The notes under the pieces were generated by a model. That model had not been told where the DNA came from. It saw only the letters and a list, made by a program, of their open reading frames with translations, and did no database searches. DNA of 64,000 bases from Narcine bancroftii. Taxonomy: Eukaryota. Position numbers and translations under genes: made by a program. Below are positions 22,005 through 34,903 of this stretch, one piece after another. Numbering within the stretch: position 1 is the first letter of the stretch; each line of letters starts with the position of its first letter. The DNA lies in NCBI RefSeq assembly GCF_036971445.1, contig NC_091480.1:62002001-62066000 (forward strand), read 5' to 3'.

Positions 22005-22520
22005 ATCAATCATACCAGTACCTAAAAAGAGCAGGATGAGTTGCCTCAATGACTATTGTCCAGTACCATTCTCATCTACTGTGATTAAATACTTTGAAGA
22101 GGTTGGTTGTGGCTAGAACTATCTATGAAGATCTGGACCTACTACAATTCATCAACTGTCACAATAGCTCCATAGCAGCTCTAGATCTAGACAACAGCAA
22201 CACGGTGACAACAGCACAGCTTTCAATGCCATCATACCCTCCGTGCTGGTCAACAAGCTCCAACCCCTGGGCCTTTGCAACTGGATCATCGACTTCCTCA
22301 TCGGAAGATCACAATCAGTAGGAATCAGAAACAAAGTCTCCTCCTTACTGATGATCAACACAGGTGCACCTCAAGAGATTTACTGCATCACATAGGAAGT
22401 TGGAGAAACATCAAATTAGCTTTTATTGAATTTAGTATTAAGCGTATACTCACTACAATTGTAACCGAATGTATCGCAGCTGTTGCAACATTGATGAGAC
22501 ATTTGTGTTGCACTGAATCT
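22005..22520 (+). mobile_element. Degraded Rex1/Babar- or L2-like LINE RT fragment
   Basis: IIPVPKKSRMSCLNDYCPV, FNAIIP, CNWIIDFLIGRSQSV and NTGAPQ motifs in shifting frames. Confidence 0.65.
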
Positions 22521-23099
22521 TCCTGAAAACAATAAATGCTATTGCCTGAAGAACATGTCTGTCCATTGCCTTGTACTGCTAAATCAGTATTATGCCTTGA
22601 CAATCTCCAACCACACAGCATCATATTCTCCCATTTCTGTTCAGTCCCCTTGTTAAATCCACCCTTGTTCCCTCGTTATGCTGTTGTAATGCACATAACA
22701 CTCACCAAAGTTCTGCATGCAGTTGAGCATAGGAGACATTCTTCCTGTTGCAAAGTGACCAGGATCATACAATATCTACAAATAAAGCATCTGGTTGTGG
22801 CAGATTACCATTCCCGGAATGGCAGGAAGCCATTGTGAATGAATTTGATTTGCCAGTTCTGTTAAAATGACTGCAGAACCAAGTGTGTGTTGAGGGTAAG
22901 AGATACACAATGTTATACAAGTGTATAGATGGTTTTACACATTATCTTTAGCAGTTAGCAGTACGTCAAGTTTGGAACCACAAGGCAATTAGGTATTTCC
23001 CTTCCTTGGGTGTCCAAACAATACTTCTGAGCATAGAAATTAAAGGTGATATTTTATATCCTTACTTGGTCTCTTGCTTTCCCTCATCCTGTTTCATTT

Positions 23100-23380
23100 C
23101 CTGCTATCTTGACTGAATGCCCTCTTCCCCATCACTTCTCGGCTGCTTTCTCTTCCACCCTCTCACCTGTACTCACTTCTTGCCTGCTAGATTGTATTCT
23201 TCTGCTCTTTTCCCCCTGCCCCCCCCCACGTTTTCATTTGGGTTTTCTGCCTGATTTTTCAGCATAAATGCACAAAGGGTCAGGTCTGAAACGTCGAATG
23301 CTTTTACTTTCTATGGATACTGCCTGTCCGGAGTTTCTCTTGCACATTTGTATGCTGTATTCACTTTCCATTGCCTTTCT
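23100..23380 (+). mobile_element. Degenerate Penelope-like element terminal region
   Basis: A pyrimidine tract followed by AAGGGTCAGGTCTGAAACGTCG...GGATACTGCC...GAGTTTCTC, similar to 27480-27600 and 30040-30110. Confidence 0.45.
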
Positions 23381-23939
23381 TGGCTACAGCCCCAGACCTT
23401 TGAGCTTCCTGATGTTTTGGCTGTGGTCCCTGAGGACTTGCCTGTAATGGATCAATCCTCTCTGCTCCCAGTTCCGGCTACGAGAATGTGTTCCTTCCCT
23501 TGCACCTCGCATGGAGTTGAGCTGCAACTGGCAAGTTGTGTATAATGCCGGCTGGTGATCCTGCTTTTCTCTAATCAATCAGTGGCAAATATTGTGGTTC
23601 ATTGCTCACCTGCTGTTTTCCTTTGGAGCTGAGTACAAGACTTTAATCAGCAGTGTAATCATTCTGAGTGTTTGCCTTGCCTATTTGTCTTTCAAATGAA
23701 GTGGAAAGTATAACATTACGATGAATTTATCTCTGCCCTTGAAGTTTTAGTATCTGGTCTGTGTGAGTTAGACACTTGATAAAATTCATCCATGGTTTCT
23801 GAGGGTTGAGGGGGCTGTGGCGTGTGCAAGGTGGGTGATTTGAGTTGATTTCAGAAGGCACTCCATGCCTCCCTTCTGTACTTTGTGGAACAGGAATCGC
23901 GAGACAAGGGATGACTAGGAAAATGCTGAGTTTGATAGT

Positions 23940-25040
23940 CATTTATGATAACCCTCCGCCTCTTGTTCCAGTGAGAATAAACGCAGCCTATGCAAATTCT
24001 CCTTGAAAGTATAGCCTTCCATTCCAGGCACATTCTGGTCTGTCACCTGACCAGGTTCATTGCCCAGTGCTAGATCCAAAATGGTCTTTCCTCTAGTCGG
24101 CTCGTCCATATACTGTGCAGGAATCCTTCTTGGATGCATCCAACAAATTCTACCCCATCTAATGCTTTTAACACTAAGGAGGTGCCGATTGATATTCGGG
24201 AAGTTGAAGTCGCCCATGCTATTTCTGTACCTTTCAATAATCTGTCTACTTGTCTGCTCCTCAATGTCCCAGTAGTTATTTGTGGGCCCTGTAGGCTGCT
24301 CTCCACTGGCCACCGAGACAGAGGTGCACCAAAGAAGAGGTACAAGGACTGCTTAAAGAAATCTCTTGGTGCCTGCCACATTGACCACTGCCAGTGGGCT
24401 GATATCGCCTCCAACCGTGCATCTTGGCACCTCACAGTTCAGCGGGCTGCAACCTCCTTTGAAGAAGACCGCAGAGCCCACCTCACTGACAAAAGACAAA
24501 GGAGGAAAAACCCAACACCCAACCGCAACCAACCAATTTTCCCTTGCAACCGTGCCTGCCTGTCCCGCGTCAGACTTGTCAGTCACCAACGAGCCTGCAG
24601 CAGACGTGGACATACCCTTCCATAAATCTTCGTCCGCGAAGCCAAGCCAAAGAAGACTGCTCTCAATAGAGTGATCACTCCCTTCCTATTTCTAACTTCC
24701 ACCCGAACTGATTCAGTAGACGATCTCTCTGCGATGCCTCCCTTTCTGCAGCTGTAATGCCATTCCCTCCTCCTTTTACTTCCTGTCTCCGATTCCCTTT
24801 TGAAACTTCAATCCCAAAACATCAAACAACCAATCCTGTCCTTGTGACAGCCAAGTCTCTGTAAAGTTCACCACATCATAATACCATGAGCAAATCCATG
24901 CTCTGATTCATCTCCCTTATTCTTAATACTTGTCACATTAAACGCTTTTAATTCATCTTGCTGCATTTGTGCTCCTTCCACTACTTGTTCACAGTCAGAT
25001 CTAACATTGGTTACCATTCCCATGCCAAACAAGTTTAAAT
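23940..25040 (-). mobile_element. Degraded CR1 fragment interrupted by an RTE
   Basis: MGDFNFPNIN, PTRGKTILDLALGNEPGQVTD and LDGVEFVGCIQEGFL motifs. Confidence 0.8.
24304..24656 (+). mobile_element. 5'-truncated RTE-clade LINE with 8-bp TSD CTGCTCTC
   Basis: Matches ~42900-43265; AAGAAGA tail; TSD at 24296-24303 and 24657-24664. Confidence 0.9.
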
Positions 25041-25919
25041 GTTGCTGATCTGCACAACTTGGGGGTCTGCCTATGAAGTTTAGGTGCGGTCAGAGTCCCA
25101 GATCCCTCCGTTTTGCTGATAGGATGGTGTTGAATGTCAAGCTATGGTCAGTGAACATCGACCTGATGTAAGTGTTCCTGTGGTCCAGGTGAGCTAACAC
25201 CGTGGAGGGCCAGCAAGATGACAGCTACAGGTGAACAGATGTAGGTCCTTCCTGAGACAGGAGTTGATGGAAACCTAGTGTGACCATTGTCCAGGTGAAT
25301 CTTGTTACTTTGTTTTCTCCAGACAGTTTTTAGTGAATTTTTAAATCCAAAATGATTCTGGAGTGTGGCTGCTTTTTGTGAGCTACCTGGATAGCACGCA
25401 AAACGAAGTCTCGCAATCTCAGTACACATGACAAACAAAACGTGTGGCTTTGTATCTTGGCACAAAGGCAAACTACGGTATATCCCATTGAACCCATGCA
25501 AGATCAGACCATTGATTTTTTTTCACCCCAATGTATTTTGCTACAGGTGACAAAAAAAGACATGGAAAAAGACTGATATACCAATTCTAGCCCCTTCCAT
25601 TTGTATTTGTAGGAATGGGTCTGTTCAGCAAGGTGAACTCACTTCATGAAATACGGCAGAGTTCATCCAGCTGAAGCAAGCTTCATTGGACCATATCCTG
25701 GGGTTATGGGAAGCTCCTGGTTTCAATAGGGATGTAAGGTCTCAATTCTAGGCAGCCTGAGTCTGTATTAATGAAGTTAGAAGAATGAGGGAGTGGGAGT
25801 AATATAGAAATATCTGAAAGGAGTAGATTAGATAGAAGCAGGGAAGTTGTTTTGCAGGGAGTCAAGCTGCTCCTGCCCCATTGATCTAGTTTCATCTTAC
25901 CTTTTGTCTTTTCTACCCT

Positions 25920-27610
25920 GGTCCAATCCCTCCCCAACTACATCTGCGATACTTCACGTGCCCTCCATCTCCTCAGTGATTCAGATTCCCCGAACCGGAC
26001 TGCCTCATCTTCACGATGGATGTCCAGTCCTATTATACCTCCATCCCTTACACAGGTATCAAAGCACTTTGCTTCTTCCTGGACCAAAGACCTGACCAGT
26101 AACCCTCTACTACCACCCTCCTCCACCTGGTAGAACTTGTCCTCACTCTAAAAAAACTTCTCCTTTAACTCATCCCACTCCCTCCAAATCAAAGGAATAG
26201 CTATGGGTACCCGCATGGGCCCTAGCTACACCTGCCTGTTTGTGGGTTTTGTGGAGCAATCCATGCTACAAGCCTACTCAGGCAAGACCCCTCACCTCTT
26301 CCTCCAGTATATCAACAGCTACATCAGGGCTGCCTCATGCACCTGCACCTTTATCCACTTTGCAGCTGACTTTCACCCTGATCTCAAACTTTCCTGGTCC
26401 ATCTCCAATAACACTTTTCCCTTCCTGGATCTCTGTGTCTCCGTCTCGGGAGACATGTTTTCCAAGATACATTTTACAAACCCACCAACTCCCACAACTA
26501 CCTGGACTACACTTCCTCACACCCTGTCCTCTGCAGGGATTCTATCCCCTTCTCTCAATTTCTCCATCGCATCTGTTCCCAAGATAAGGTCTTCCAGTCC
26601 AGATCTTCCGAAATGTCTGCCTTCTTCCACAAATGTGGCTTCCTCTCCACCACTCATTCACATCTCCTCCATTTCCCATTCATCTGCCCTGGCCCCTCTG
26701 CCCCCTGACGCAACAAACATAGATTCCCCCTCATCCTCACCTACCACCCCACCAGCCTCCACATCCAACACATTATTATCTGGAATTTACTGCACTTAAC
26801 TACAGGATCCCACCACCAGACACATTTTTCCTTCTTCCCTCTTGGCCTTCCACAGGGACTGCCCCCCCCCCCCCCCCCCCCCCGCGATTCCCTCATGCAC
26901 TCATCCCTCCCTGGCACCTTCCCTTGTGTTTGCAGGAGGTGCAACATTTGTGCCACACCTCCTCCCTCACCACGGTCCGGGGTTCCAAACAGGCCTTTCA
27001 AATGAAGCAACTTGTACATCCACAGGACTTGTTTACTACATCTGGTGATCCCTTTGTGGCATTTTCTACGTTGGAGAGACCGGTTGTAGATTGGCAGATC
27101 GCTTTACTGAGCACCTCCTCTCCATCTGCAACAACAGCGACCTCCCAGTAGCCAACCATTTCACACTCCTGCACTCATGTGTCTGTCCATGGCCTTGTGT
27201 ACTATTCCATCCAGACCATTTGCAAATTAAAGGAACAACACTTTATTTTCTGTCTAGGCACTCTCCAACTAGATGGCAGTAACATTAACTTTTCTGCTTT
27301 CCAATAAACTTGCTCGCCTTTTCTCCTCCTCCTTTCCTGTCTTTCTGCTTCTTCCTCCCACCCAGCCCTGCCATTCCCCCCTCCCCCTCATTGCTGCTGT
27401 CCCCATCTCCTGCTTTTGCCACCCCCACCTCCCCCCTTACTCTTTTGTTCAGGTGCCTGCTGGCCTTTTCTCATACTTTGATGAAGGGCTCAAGCCCAAA
27501 ACGTTGGTTCTGTATTTTTACCGTTGCAACATAAAGGACACTATTGACCTGCTGAGTTTCTCCAGCATCGTGTGTTTTTACTTCAACCACAGTGTCTACA
27601 GAATTTTGTG
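25920..27610 (+). mobile_element. Degraded Penelope-like element (RT and GIY-YIG remnants plus terminal region)
   Basis: MGTRMGPSYTCLFVG (PLE RT), LVYYIW and DRFTEHL..DLPVANHF (GIY-YIG region), and a terminal hammerhead-like motif at 27478-27503. Confidence 0.82.
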
Positions 27611-29002
27611 ATTTGCTTTTAGGTTGTTTTCACTGGCAGGTGAGACTAGAGCTAGGTGAGAATGCATCAAAATTTAGGTCTGATCTAACTGTACCCATCT
27701 GCTCCCCATAACCCTTGATTCCCTTTATTGAAAAATATGTTTATATGCCTAAGAGTAGATGCAAGGCAGATAGGAAGGAGCTACTCCTAGAAGGTAATGA
27801 ATCTCTGGAATTCTCTATTCACAGATGCCTTACTAAAAATGATTTTCTTGTTGCCTCTGTGGGATTTGAAGTTGCTCTCCTGGGTTGGTCTCGCTAGCAT
27901 GTGGATTCCTAGTTCAGTGATTTAATGATGTGCTGCTGTTGGACATGATTCCTTTGGAATTATCTGCCATTTGGAAGCTGCCACTGTTGGAGCTGGTGGC
28001 ATTTAACAATGATCAGGGGATTCTATCCCCAGAGAAATGACAGGGTTCAGTTAAACTGTAGATGGTGTCCTCCAGGTGCTCGGCCTGCTTGTTCCAATAA
28101 TTTGAGTTTTAGCTGCAGGACTGTACTCTGCTAGAGCTGTCAATTAGTTATAAACTTCTGGAATCAATGCATCATGACTGGTCTTTCGGCTTATTGAATC
28201 TAGGCCGGCTTGGCTACAAGAACAAAGTAATCCAATCCATTCCCAAGCTCTTCCCTGTGTTATTTAAAGCACCATTCACAAACATTCCAGTGCCAAGTTA
28301 ATTTGAAGTGTGATTCAATGGCACCAGAATGTTTCAGGAGTGTCATTGTTGATGATGCTGTCAGGCGAATTCTAACTTGGACTGTTTGAACATACTCGGC
28401 TTGTTTGAAAGGACTTCCATTATGCCATGTCCATTAACTCTGAGCAAAGTTCAACTCTGGAATGGAGGTGAAAGTGACACTGTGATGACCTCCTATGGAT
28501 CAACTTGTCCTGCTAAAGCACTCCAGTAATTTGCAAATATTACAGAAGCTACAGTAGCCAGGGTGAACAAACTCCGGCTCAATCATTCAAGGACAATGTG
28601 AAACAGCCGGGCCATAAAACTGTCCTCCCAGTCTGGTAAGGTTTTGATTCCACCTGAAGCCTCTTCCACACAGCAATTCCTTTGCTCCTTGTCCTTTATT
28701 GTAGGTACAGACGCGAGTAGGCAAAATGGGAATGTGCTTAATTGGGGAAGAGCTAATTACGATGGGATTAGGCCAGAACTGGGGAGAGTAAATTTGGGAC
28801 CGATATTCGCTGGGAAAATGCAGAGCAGAAATGTGGAGTGTGTTCAGGTACCACTTGTGCAGAGTCCTGGATAGGTCTGTCCCATTGAGACAGGAAAAAG
28901 GTGTTAGGGTAAAGGAGCAATGTTTGACGAGAGATGGGATAGCTGGTGAAGGGGAAGAAGGAAGCAGGCAAAGGTTTAGGAACCAAAATTCAGGAAGCCC
29001 TC

Positions 29003-29165
29003 AAACCTGTGCAACCCAATTAACTTACCCCCACCACCCCCCCGGTAAGTTTTGAATGGTGGGAGGAAACTGGACTCCCTTGTGAAAACCCATGCAGACA
29101 TGGGGAGAATGTACGAACTCTGGTCACTGGCGCTATAACATTGTACTAACTGCTACGCTAACCAT
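29003..29165 (-). mobile_element. V-SINE/HE1-like SINE fragment
   Basis: GGTGGGAGGAAACTGGA...GAAAACCCATGCAGACATGGGGAGAATGTAC core; a related copy is at 49338-49560. Confidence 0.55.
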
Positions 29166-29634
29166 GCTTTGTGTCCAAACATCTTTGTGTTCTCTCTCAA
29201 CCCTCCTCCATAAAGTGCACATAATAAATGAACAGGTGTATGCCTCAAGCACAGGCCTTTCAGTCCACTGGTTCCCTGCCGACCATCAACTGCTCATTTA
29301 CACCAATCCCATTGTATTCTCCCCAAATTCCCATCCACTCTTCTCAGATTCTATCCCTCACCCACACACTGGTGGCAATTTACAGCAGCTGATTAACCCA
29401 CCAACCTGTGGGTCTTTGGGATGAAACTGGAGGGGGGGGGGAATTCTTGTACAGTCATTGAGAGTTGGTTCAACTTAACACGTAGCACCCCAACCCTGAA
29501 TTCAATTGCTGCGCCTTGTCAGGGTCCTGATGCCTGAATTTCTCTTCCTAAGCTACCTTTTCACCTATTAATTTGCCTTTGATCACTTGCTTTAATCTAA
29601 TGAAACATGAAAGTCTGCAGATGCTGTGAAAAAT

Positions 29635-30115
29635 GTGATCTCTTCTACATTATAGAGGCTGGACACAGACTGGGAGGTTGCTTTGTTCAGCACCTTCACC
29701 CTTGTCCACTGCAATAGCAGGGATCTCTCAGTGGCCACCCATTTTGATTCCCTGCCCCATTCCCTTGCTGACATGTCTGTCCACGGTCTCATGTACTGCC
29801 AGACTGAGACCACCTGCAAATTGGAGGAACAACACTTCATGTACAGTCTGGACACCCTCCAACTGGACGGCATCAACATAGACTTCTCTGGTTTCCATTA
29901 TCCCCCACCCCTCTCCCCTCATCTTTCCCTGTCTCCTTTCCCCCAGAGCTGATAACAACCTGCCCCCCACCAAAATCCTCACCTATCCTCTTTCCTGTCC
30001 TCCATGTCCAATGAACACCTTTTGTCTGCTGGTCTGGGATGGGCTCAGGCCTGAAACATCAGTTATATGGATGCTGCAAAACATGCTGAGTTCCTCCAGC
30101 ATTTGTGTTTTTAAC
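29635..30115 (+). mobile_element. Penelope-like element 3' fragment
   Basis: DLSVATHF...CKLEEQHFMYSLDTLQLDGINIDF (GIY-YIG C-terminus) and a terminal motif similar to 27480-27600. Confidence 0.7.
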
Positions 30116-30270
30116 TTTCATTTCTCTTGTTTGATCATTACTTTGGGTATATTTTGCATAATTGAAGGCTTGGTGTAACTCTTAGTGCAGTCGAGTCCCA
30201 GCCTAATGTGCTGTAATAATGAGCTGCTTAATGTGTGGCACATACTCAGAATATTTTTGTTTTTAAACAG

Positions 30271-30318
30271 AGTACAGCATGCATTGTGGTTGCATCACGG
30301 AGTGCAAGTTCTTCAACA
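30271..30318 (+). CDS. CS: Citrate synthase coding exon 2 (STACIVVASRSASSST)
   Basis: TTTTAAACAG acceptor and GTGAGT donor; resembles human NASCLVLAARHASASST. Confidence 0.88.
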
Positions 30319-30795
30319 GTGAGTAGTTTTGATGTTGCCCTTTTTTGACTTTGGACTGTTAGTTGCCTGTGATAAATTGAATGAATGAGTTTATTATCAT
30401 ACACACAAATACAATGCATAGCAAAGTTCTTGTTTTATACAGTTTCCCAGTGGCACAAAATGCACCAACAACAATTTAAGTATAATTAGCACAAGGCATC
30501 ACCAAAGGAAAGAGCAAATGTGAAAGGGAAAACAATTATATAACAAATGTTCATGGTTGACCAGTAGTGCAAAACGACTGTTAGTTGTTGCAGGAGTTTT
30601 GGCAGTGCTACCATTTTTAACTCTAGTTGAACAGAAAAGTCTGCACCACCTTCACGGCCAGTCTATCCTTTCTCCAATGAGGAGACTAGAATCTCCACAT
30701 TCGGCCTCACCAGGACCCTGCTGTCCAGCTGCAGCAGAACCTCCCTGCTCTGAAATCCCATCCCTCCAGTAATGAAGGTCAATGAAATCTTCTTG

Positions 30796-30974
30796 ATTAC
30801 CTGCTCTGTCAGAGCAGGTAATGTGTATGAAACATCGGTATGAGAGGAATGAAGGGCTTGGTGTATGAAACATCGGTACTGGACCCAGAGGAGGTATGCA
30901 ATTCTTGTTGTGAATATTGTCTGCAGGATTGGGTCACTTCCAGCCCTCCTTTAATGTGTAAAAGGTCCTATGCA
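30796..30974 (+). other. Templated patchwork duplication of CS exon 4/exon 5 sequence inside intron 2
   Basis: 30837-30974 is near-identical to ~32219-32356. 30811-30826 equals the exon 5 end plus donor (32899-32914). A 27-nt palindrome lies at 30796-30822. Confidence 0.88.
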
Positions 30975-31316
30975 AACCAACCTTTGTGATTCATACACAC
31001 GTTTCCAGCCTGCTCTGCGCAGCAGCTCCCTGCCATATTTCACCATTTAAATAACCCAATCTATTTTCCTTCTAAAGTGGATGATCTCAAATTTACCATC
31101 ATTGTACTCCATCTATCAAATCCTTGCCCACTCATTTGGCTTGTATGGTTCTTCAGTGTAACAGTTGCAATTGATCAGACAGGGCTTGGTGAGGGCTGTT
31201 TCAGTCTGAGCCACATTGGCCTAGCAAAGAGCATGGGCTTGCAGCAGGTGTTCTTGGTGAGGGCAGTGAGTAATTGCAGCCTCGGTGAAATGTTTAATGA
31301 ACACTTGTCTTTCTAG

Positions 31317-31424
31317 AATTTGAAGGAGGTTCTTGCTGACATGATCCCCAAAGAACAGTCCAGGATCAAGGCATTCAAACAAAAGCATGGGCAAACCGTC
31401 ATTGGGCAGATCAATGTTGACATG
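31317..31424 (+). CDS. CS: Citrate synthase coding exon 3 ([36 protein letters not shown])
   Basis: AG/GT bounded, 108 nt, clear similarity to vertebrate CS. Confidence 0.96.
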
Positions 31425-32209
31425 GTAGGAGTTGTATTTGTCAGCGCACTTTTGTTGGGATGGGAGGTGGGAAGTTTTGGGTTGGTAAAATGACTATTGA
31501 CCTCTCCATGACACTGATCTGTCATTGATAAACCCAGTAGAGTCATGCAGCGCAGACAAGGTTCTGTAGTTGCCACTAATCCAATCTGCATTTGTCAGGA
31601 CCGTTATCTAGCTCTTGCCTATTTAAGTGTCTGTTGAATGCTTCCAAGACGTAATTGTATCTGATTACACTATCTCGGGCAGTGAGTTCCAGATAGCGAC
31701 CACTGTGTTTAAAAGGGGGGAGAAAAAACTCTCAGATTACCTTTGAATTTTCTTCCTCTCATCTTCAACCTGTGCCTTTCTGATGCCCTTACTTTGGGGG
31801 TAATATATTAGTTATCTATGCTTCTGTTAATCTTCCTTCACTTCAGGGAAAATGAGCTCAGCCTGTCCAATCTTTCTCCATCGTTTAAAAACTCCTCCGA
31901 TCTAGGCAACATCCTTGTGAACCTCCTCTACACTCTCTCCAACGTAAGCACATCTTGTAGGGTAGTAATGAGAACTGCAGACACTATTCTAAGTGCTGTC
32001 TAACCAGTGGTTGCAGTATCTTACCCCTGACCTGTGATGGTGAATATGGCACATGCCTGAAGGAGGGTGTTGCTGGGACAATGAGGGACTGGGTGGGGTA
32101 GGACTGGGACCAATGGGGATTGGTGAAGGATGGGTGTTGCTGGTACAATAAGGGAGATGATTGGTGTCCCCAGACTCCCAAGTTGACTGAACTCTTTCCT
32201 CTCCCTCAG

Positions 32210-32275
32210 GTGTATGGTGGTATGAGAGGAATGAAGGGCTTGGTGTATGAAACATCGGTACTGGACCCAGAGGAG
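32210..32275 (+). CDS. CS: Citrate synthase coding exon 4 ([22 protein letters not shown])
   Basis: AG/GT bounded, 66 nt, near-invariant CS motif. Confidence 0.97.
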
Positions 32276-32773
32276 GTATGCAATTCTTGCTGTGAATATT
32301 GTCTGCAGGATTGGGTCACTTCCAGCCCTCCTTTAATGTGTAAAAGGTCCTATGCAGTCATTGTTCACTGCTGGATCGTGACTTTGGCAGGGCAGTCATT
32401 GAGCATTGTCGAGGACCCTGTGGCACTGTGTCACTAGGAGGTGCACAAGCACTTTGAACCCTGACCCCAGACGGGGCCAAACCTTCCATTGTGTGGAAGA
32501 AACCCCACCTTGATCCCCTCCCCCACCCCGAGCTGGCCCTTGGGGCCCTGTGTGATCCATGGTGTTTGAACTCCCACATTGGAATTCTCCATACATGCAT
32601 GCTAGATTAGAGTTTGTAGTTACATGGGTACATGCTCTCAGCAATACATGGACATGTAGCCTTCCTGCAGATGCCCTCTTCCACATGGGCACTACCTGCT
32701 CACTAGTTCCATGCTCGCGCACCACCCACCCCTGTGCTGTTAGTTGAAACATAATTCCCTGAAACTCTTCCAG

Positions 32774-32905
32774 GGGATTCGTTTCCGTGGCTACAGCATC
32801 CCAGAGTGTCAGAAGCTGTTGCCAAGAGCTGCTGGAGGAGAGGAGCCACTTCCTGAAGGCCTGTTCTGGTTACTTGTGACTGGAGAAATCCCCACCCAAG
32901 AGCAG
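32774..32905 (+). CDS. CS: Citrate synthase coding exon 5 ([44 protein letters not shown])
   Basis: AG/GT bounded, 132 nt, near-invariant CS motif. Confidence 0.97.
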
Positions 32906-33057
32906 GTAATGTGTCATTATTGAGTCTTGTTGTGAGAGGGTAGGCTGAGACCCTCTCAACCTTTCCTATCCATGGACTTGACCAAATGTCTTTAAGCGGT
33001 GTAATTGTCTCTACCTCTACCACTTCCTGTGGCAGCTCTGTATGAAGGTATCCCTTG

Positions 33058-33180
33058 GATTGTGGAGGGTAATGTGACCTCTCCATCTGGAACCTGATGT
33101 GATTGTGGAAGGTCATGTGACCTCTCCATCTAGAATTTGGGATTGTTGAGGGTCGTGTGACCTCTGGAACCTGATCGGAG
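33058..33180. repeat. Short tandem repeat, ~40-45 bp unit, about 3 degenerate copies
   Basis: GTGACCTCT(CCATCT)..GATTGT..AGGGTC recurs at ~33072, ~33116 and ~33156. Confidence 0.6.
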
Positions 33181-33612
33181 GTTGCATCATCTGCCAATCA
33201 AGATGGGACTTTGCCCATCCATTGGTGCACACCTAACCATTGGCCCCTTTAATCACAGTGATTATCTGGGCCAGACCGTCCAGCTTACTGCACTGTGAAG
33301 TGCACCATATACAGTATCTCTTCCTCTTTGCTCTTCAGTCCTGAGACGAACCCTACTGTGGACAATGCTGGAGGAGTCGTTGGTAAGGTACACACTACAT
33401 GGGGATCTGGGCTGTTGTATACTGTTGTAGCTGCAGATGGCATCTGAGCTGTGCCCATGTTAGACAAGGAATGGCGGGTAACATATTGTGATCCTTGGTT
33501 ATGATAAATCTCTATAAATAGTTGCTAGTTTTGGTAGTGTTGGGTCTGATGTGACTGTTTTATTATGCGTGTATGAGTGTAAGCAGTTGCCAGTATCGGA
33601 ACTGTTTAAGTC

Positions 33613-34700
33613 TGTTACGGATCTATGTTAATAGTAATATTTGGGTTATATTTATATAAATGTCTTAGTAAAGTAAATTATATAGTTAAAATATTGTATA
33701 TGTACTCTTAGTAAGTTAGTTGTGAGCGGTACAGGGTCACACACAGGTCACAGCACATTTACAGAGAACCATTGTACTTAGAGTTCATTCTTGGATTCTC
33801 AGCATCTTGGAAAGTTAAAGCTAATGGATCTGAAGTGGTTCTTAATTATTCAAGAACAATGGAGTGTTTTCTTTATTAAAAACTGAAGTACTCAAGAACT
33901 GCTGAGGAAGCTATCTATTTTAAACAAAACCACTTAGACCTCTTGAACAGAGATGGGGTCAGAGGTTGTTGTAGATATGGAATGGTTTTGAAAAAGGAAC
34001 AGAATTTTGGTAGAAATAAAACTGATGGTCATGTGGTTTCCAAGAATTAGGACTGACCTCATTGTTGATGTAACTGTCACATGATTTGGAGAAATATATT
34101 ATCAAATTCAGATATTTTTGGATCATTTCAGTTTGAAGAGGACAGAAGTCAAAACCCTGTGACACACAGGGGTTGGAACCTTGTGAAAGACAGGGTTGAA
34201 TTACAGTAACGAGAATAGGTGCTGTTGTGTGTTACTCCTAGAAAAGGGGGAAACACAGAATAAGTGGCTTTTTAAGTAGAGGATCACTTCACTCTCTTTG
34301 GAAAAGAGGACAGAATTCTACTGGGTCCATTTTTGTACTTCGTTTAACCCTTGTCTGGATTTGTTAATTAATCGCGGGAGACAATAGCCACATTCGCTGT
34401 CTCTTTGCAAAGAGTCAGATGCTTCGTGTGGAAAACAGATTCCAAAATCTTCAATGAAAAGATGATGATTTGATCCTGGGAAGACAGAAATTGTATTCTC
34501 CTTTTCACAGAAGGTACATTGGTAGCTCAAAAGATGGTCACTTCTATTTAAAAAATATCTTTCAAGGCATCTCATCAAAAGAATTGAGTAAAGAAACCTG
34601 GAAGATACGATGTTTAAAAGCGCTTTAATTATTTCTGAACTGAGAATTTAAGACTTTCAAACAAGACTAAAATGCTGCTGAACCTTTAAAAATTGACTGT

Positions 34701-34746
<46 letters not shown>

Positions 34747-34903
34747 TGGGGTTAAATTTAAAATTAAGTTTAGAGATAAATTAAAAACTATTATTTTGAA
34801 TTTACCATTGCCTGGTGAATTCTCCATTGCTGTTCCTTAGTACTAACAAAGTCCCTTTAGTCCCAAACAAAAAAAAAATTAAAAGGGTTGTTGGTTCATA
34901 ACA
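33613..34903 (+). repeat. 5' LTR of a Gypsy-like LTR element (~1.29 kb), containing a (CA)n tract
   Basis: TGTTA...TAACA termini followed by a Pro-type PBS TGGGGGCTCGTTTGGGAT (34908-34925). Its 3' part is repeated at 47337-47868. Confidence 0.8.

Noticed and set aside
30837..30893. Possible mutually exclusive duplicate of CS exon 4
   Set aside because: It lacks the exon 4 acceptor and first codons, lies upstream of exon 3, and is part of a patchwork insertion.
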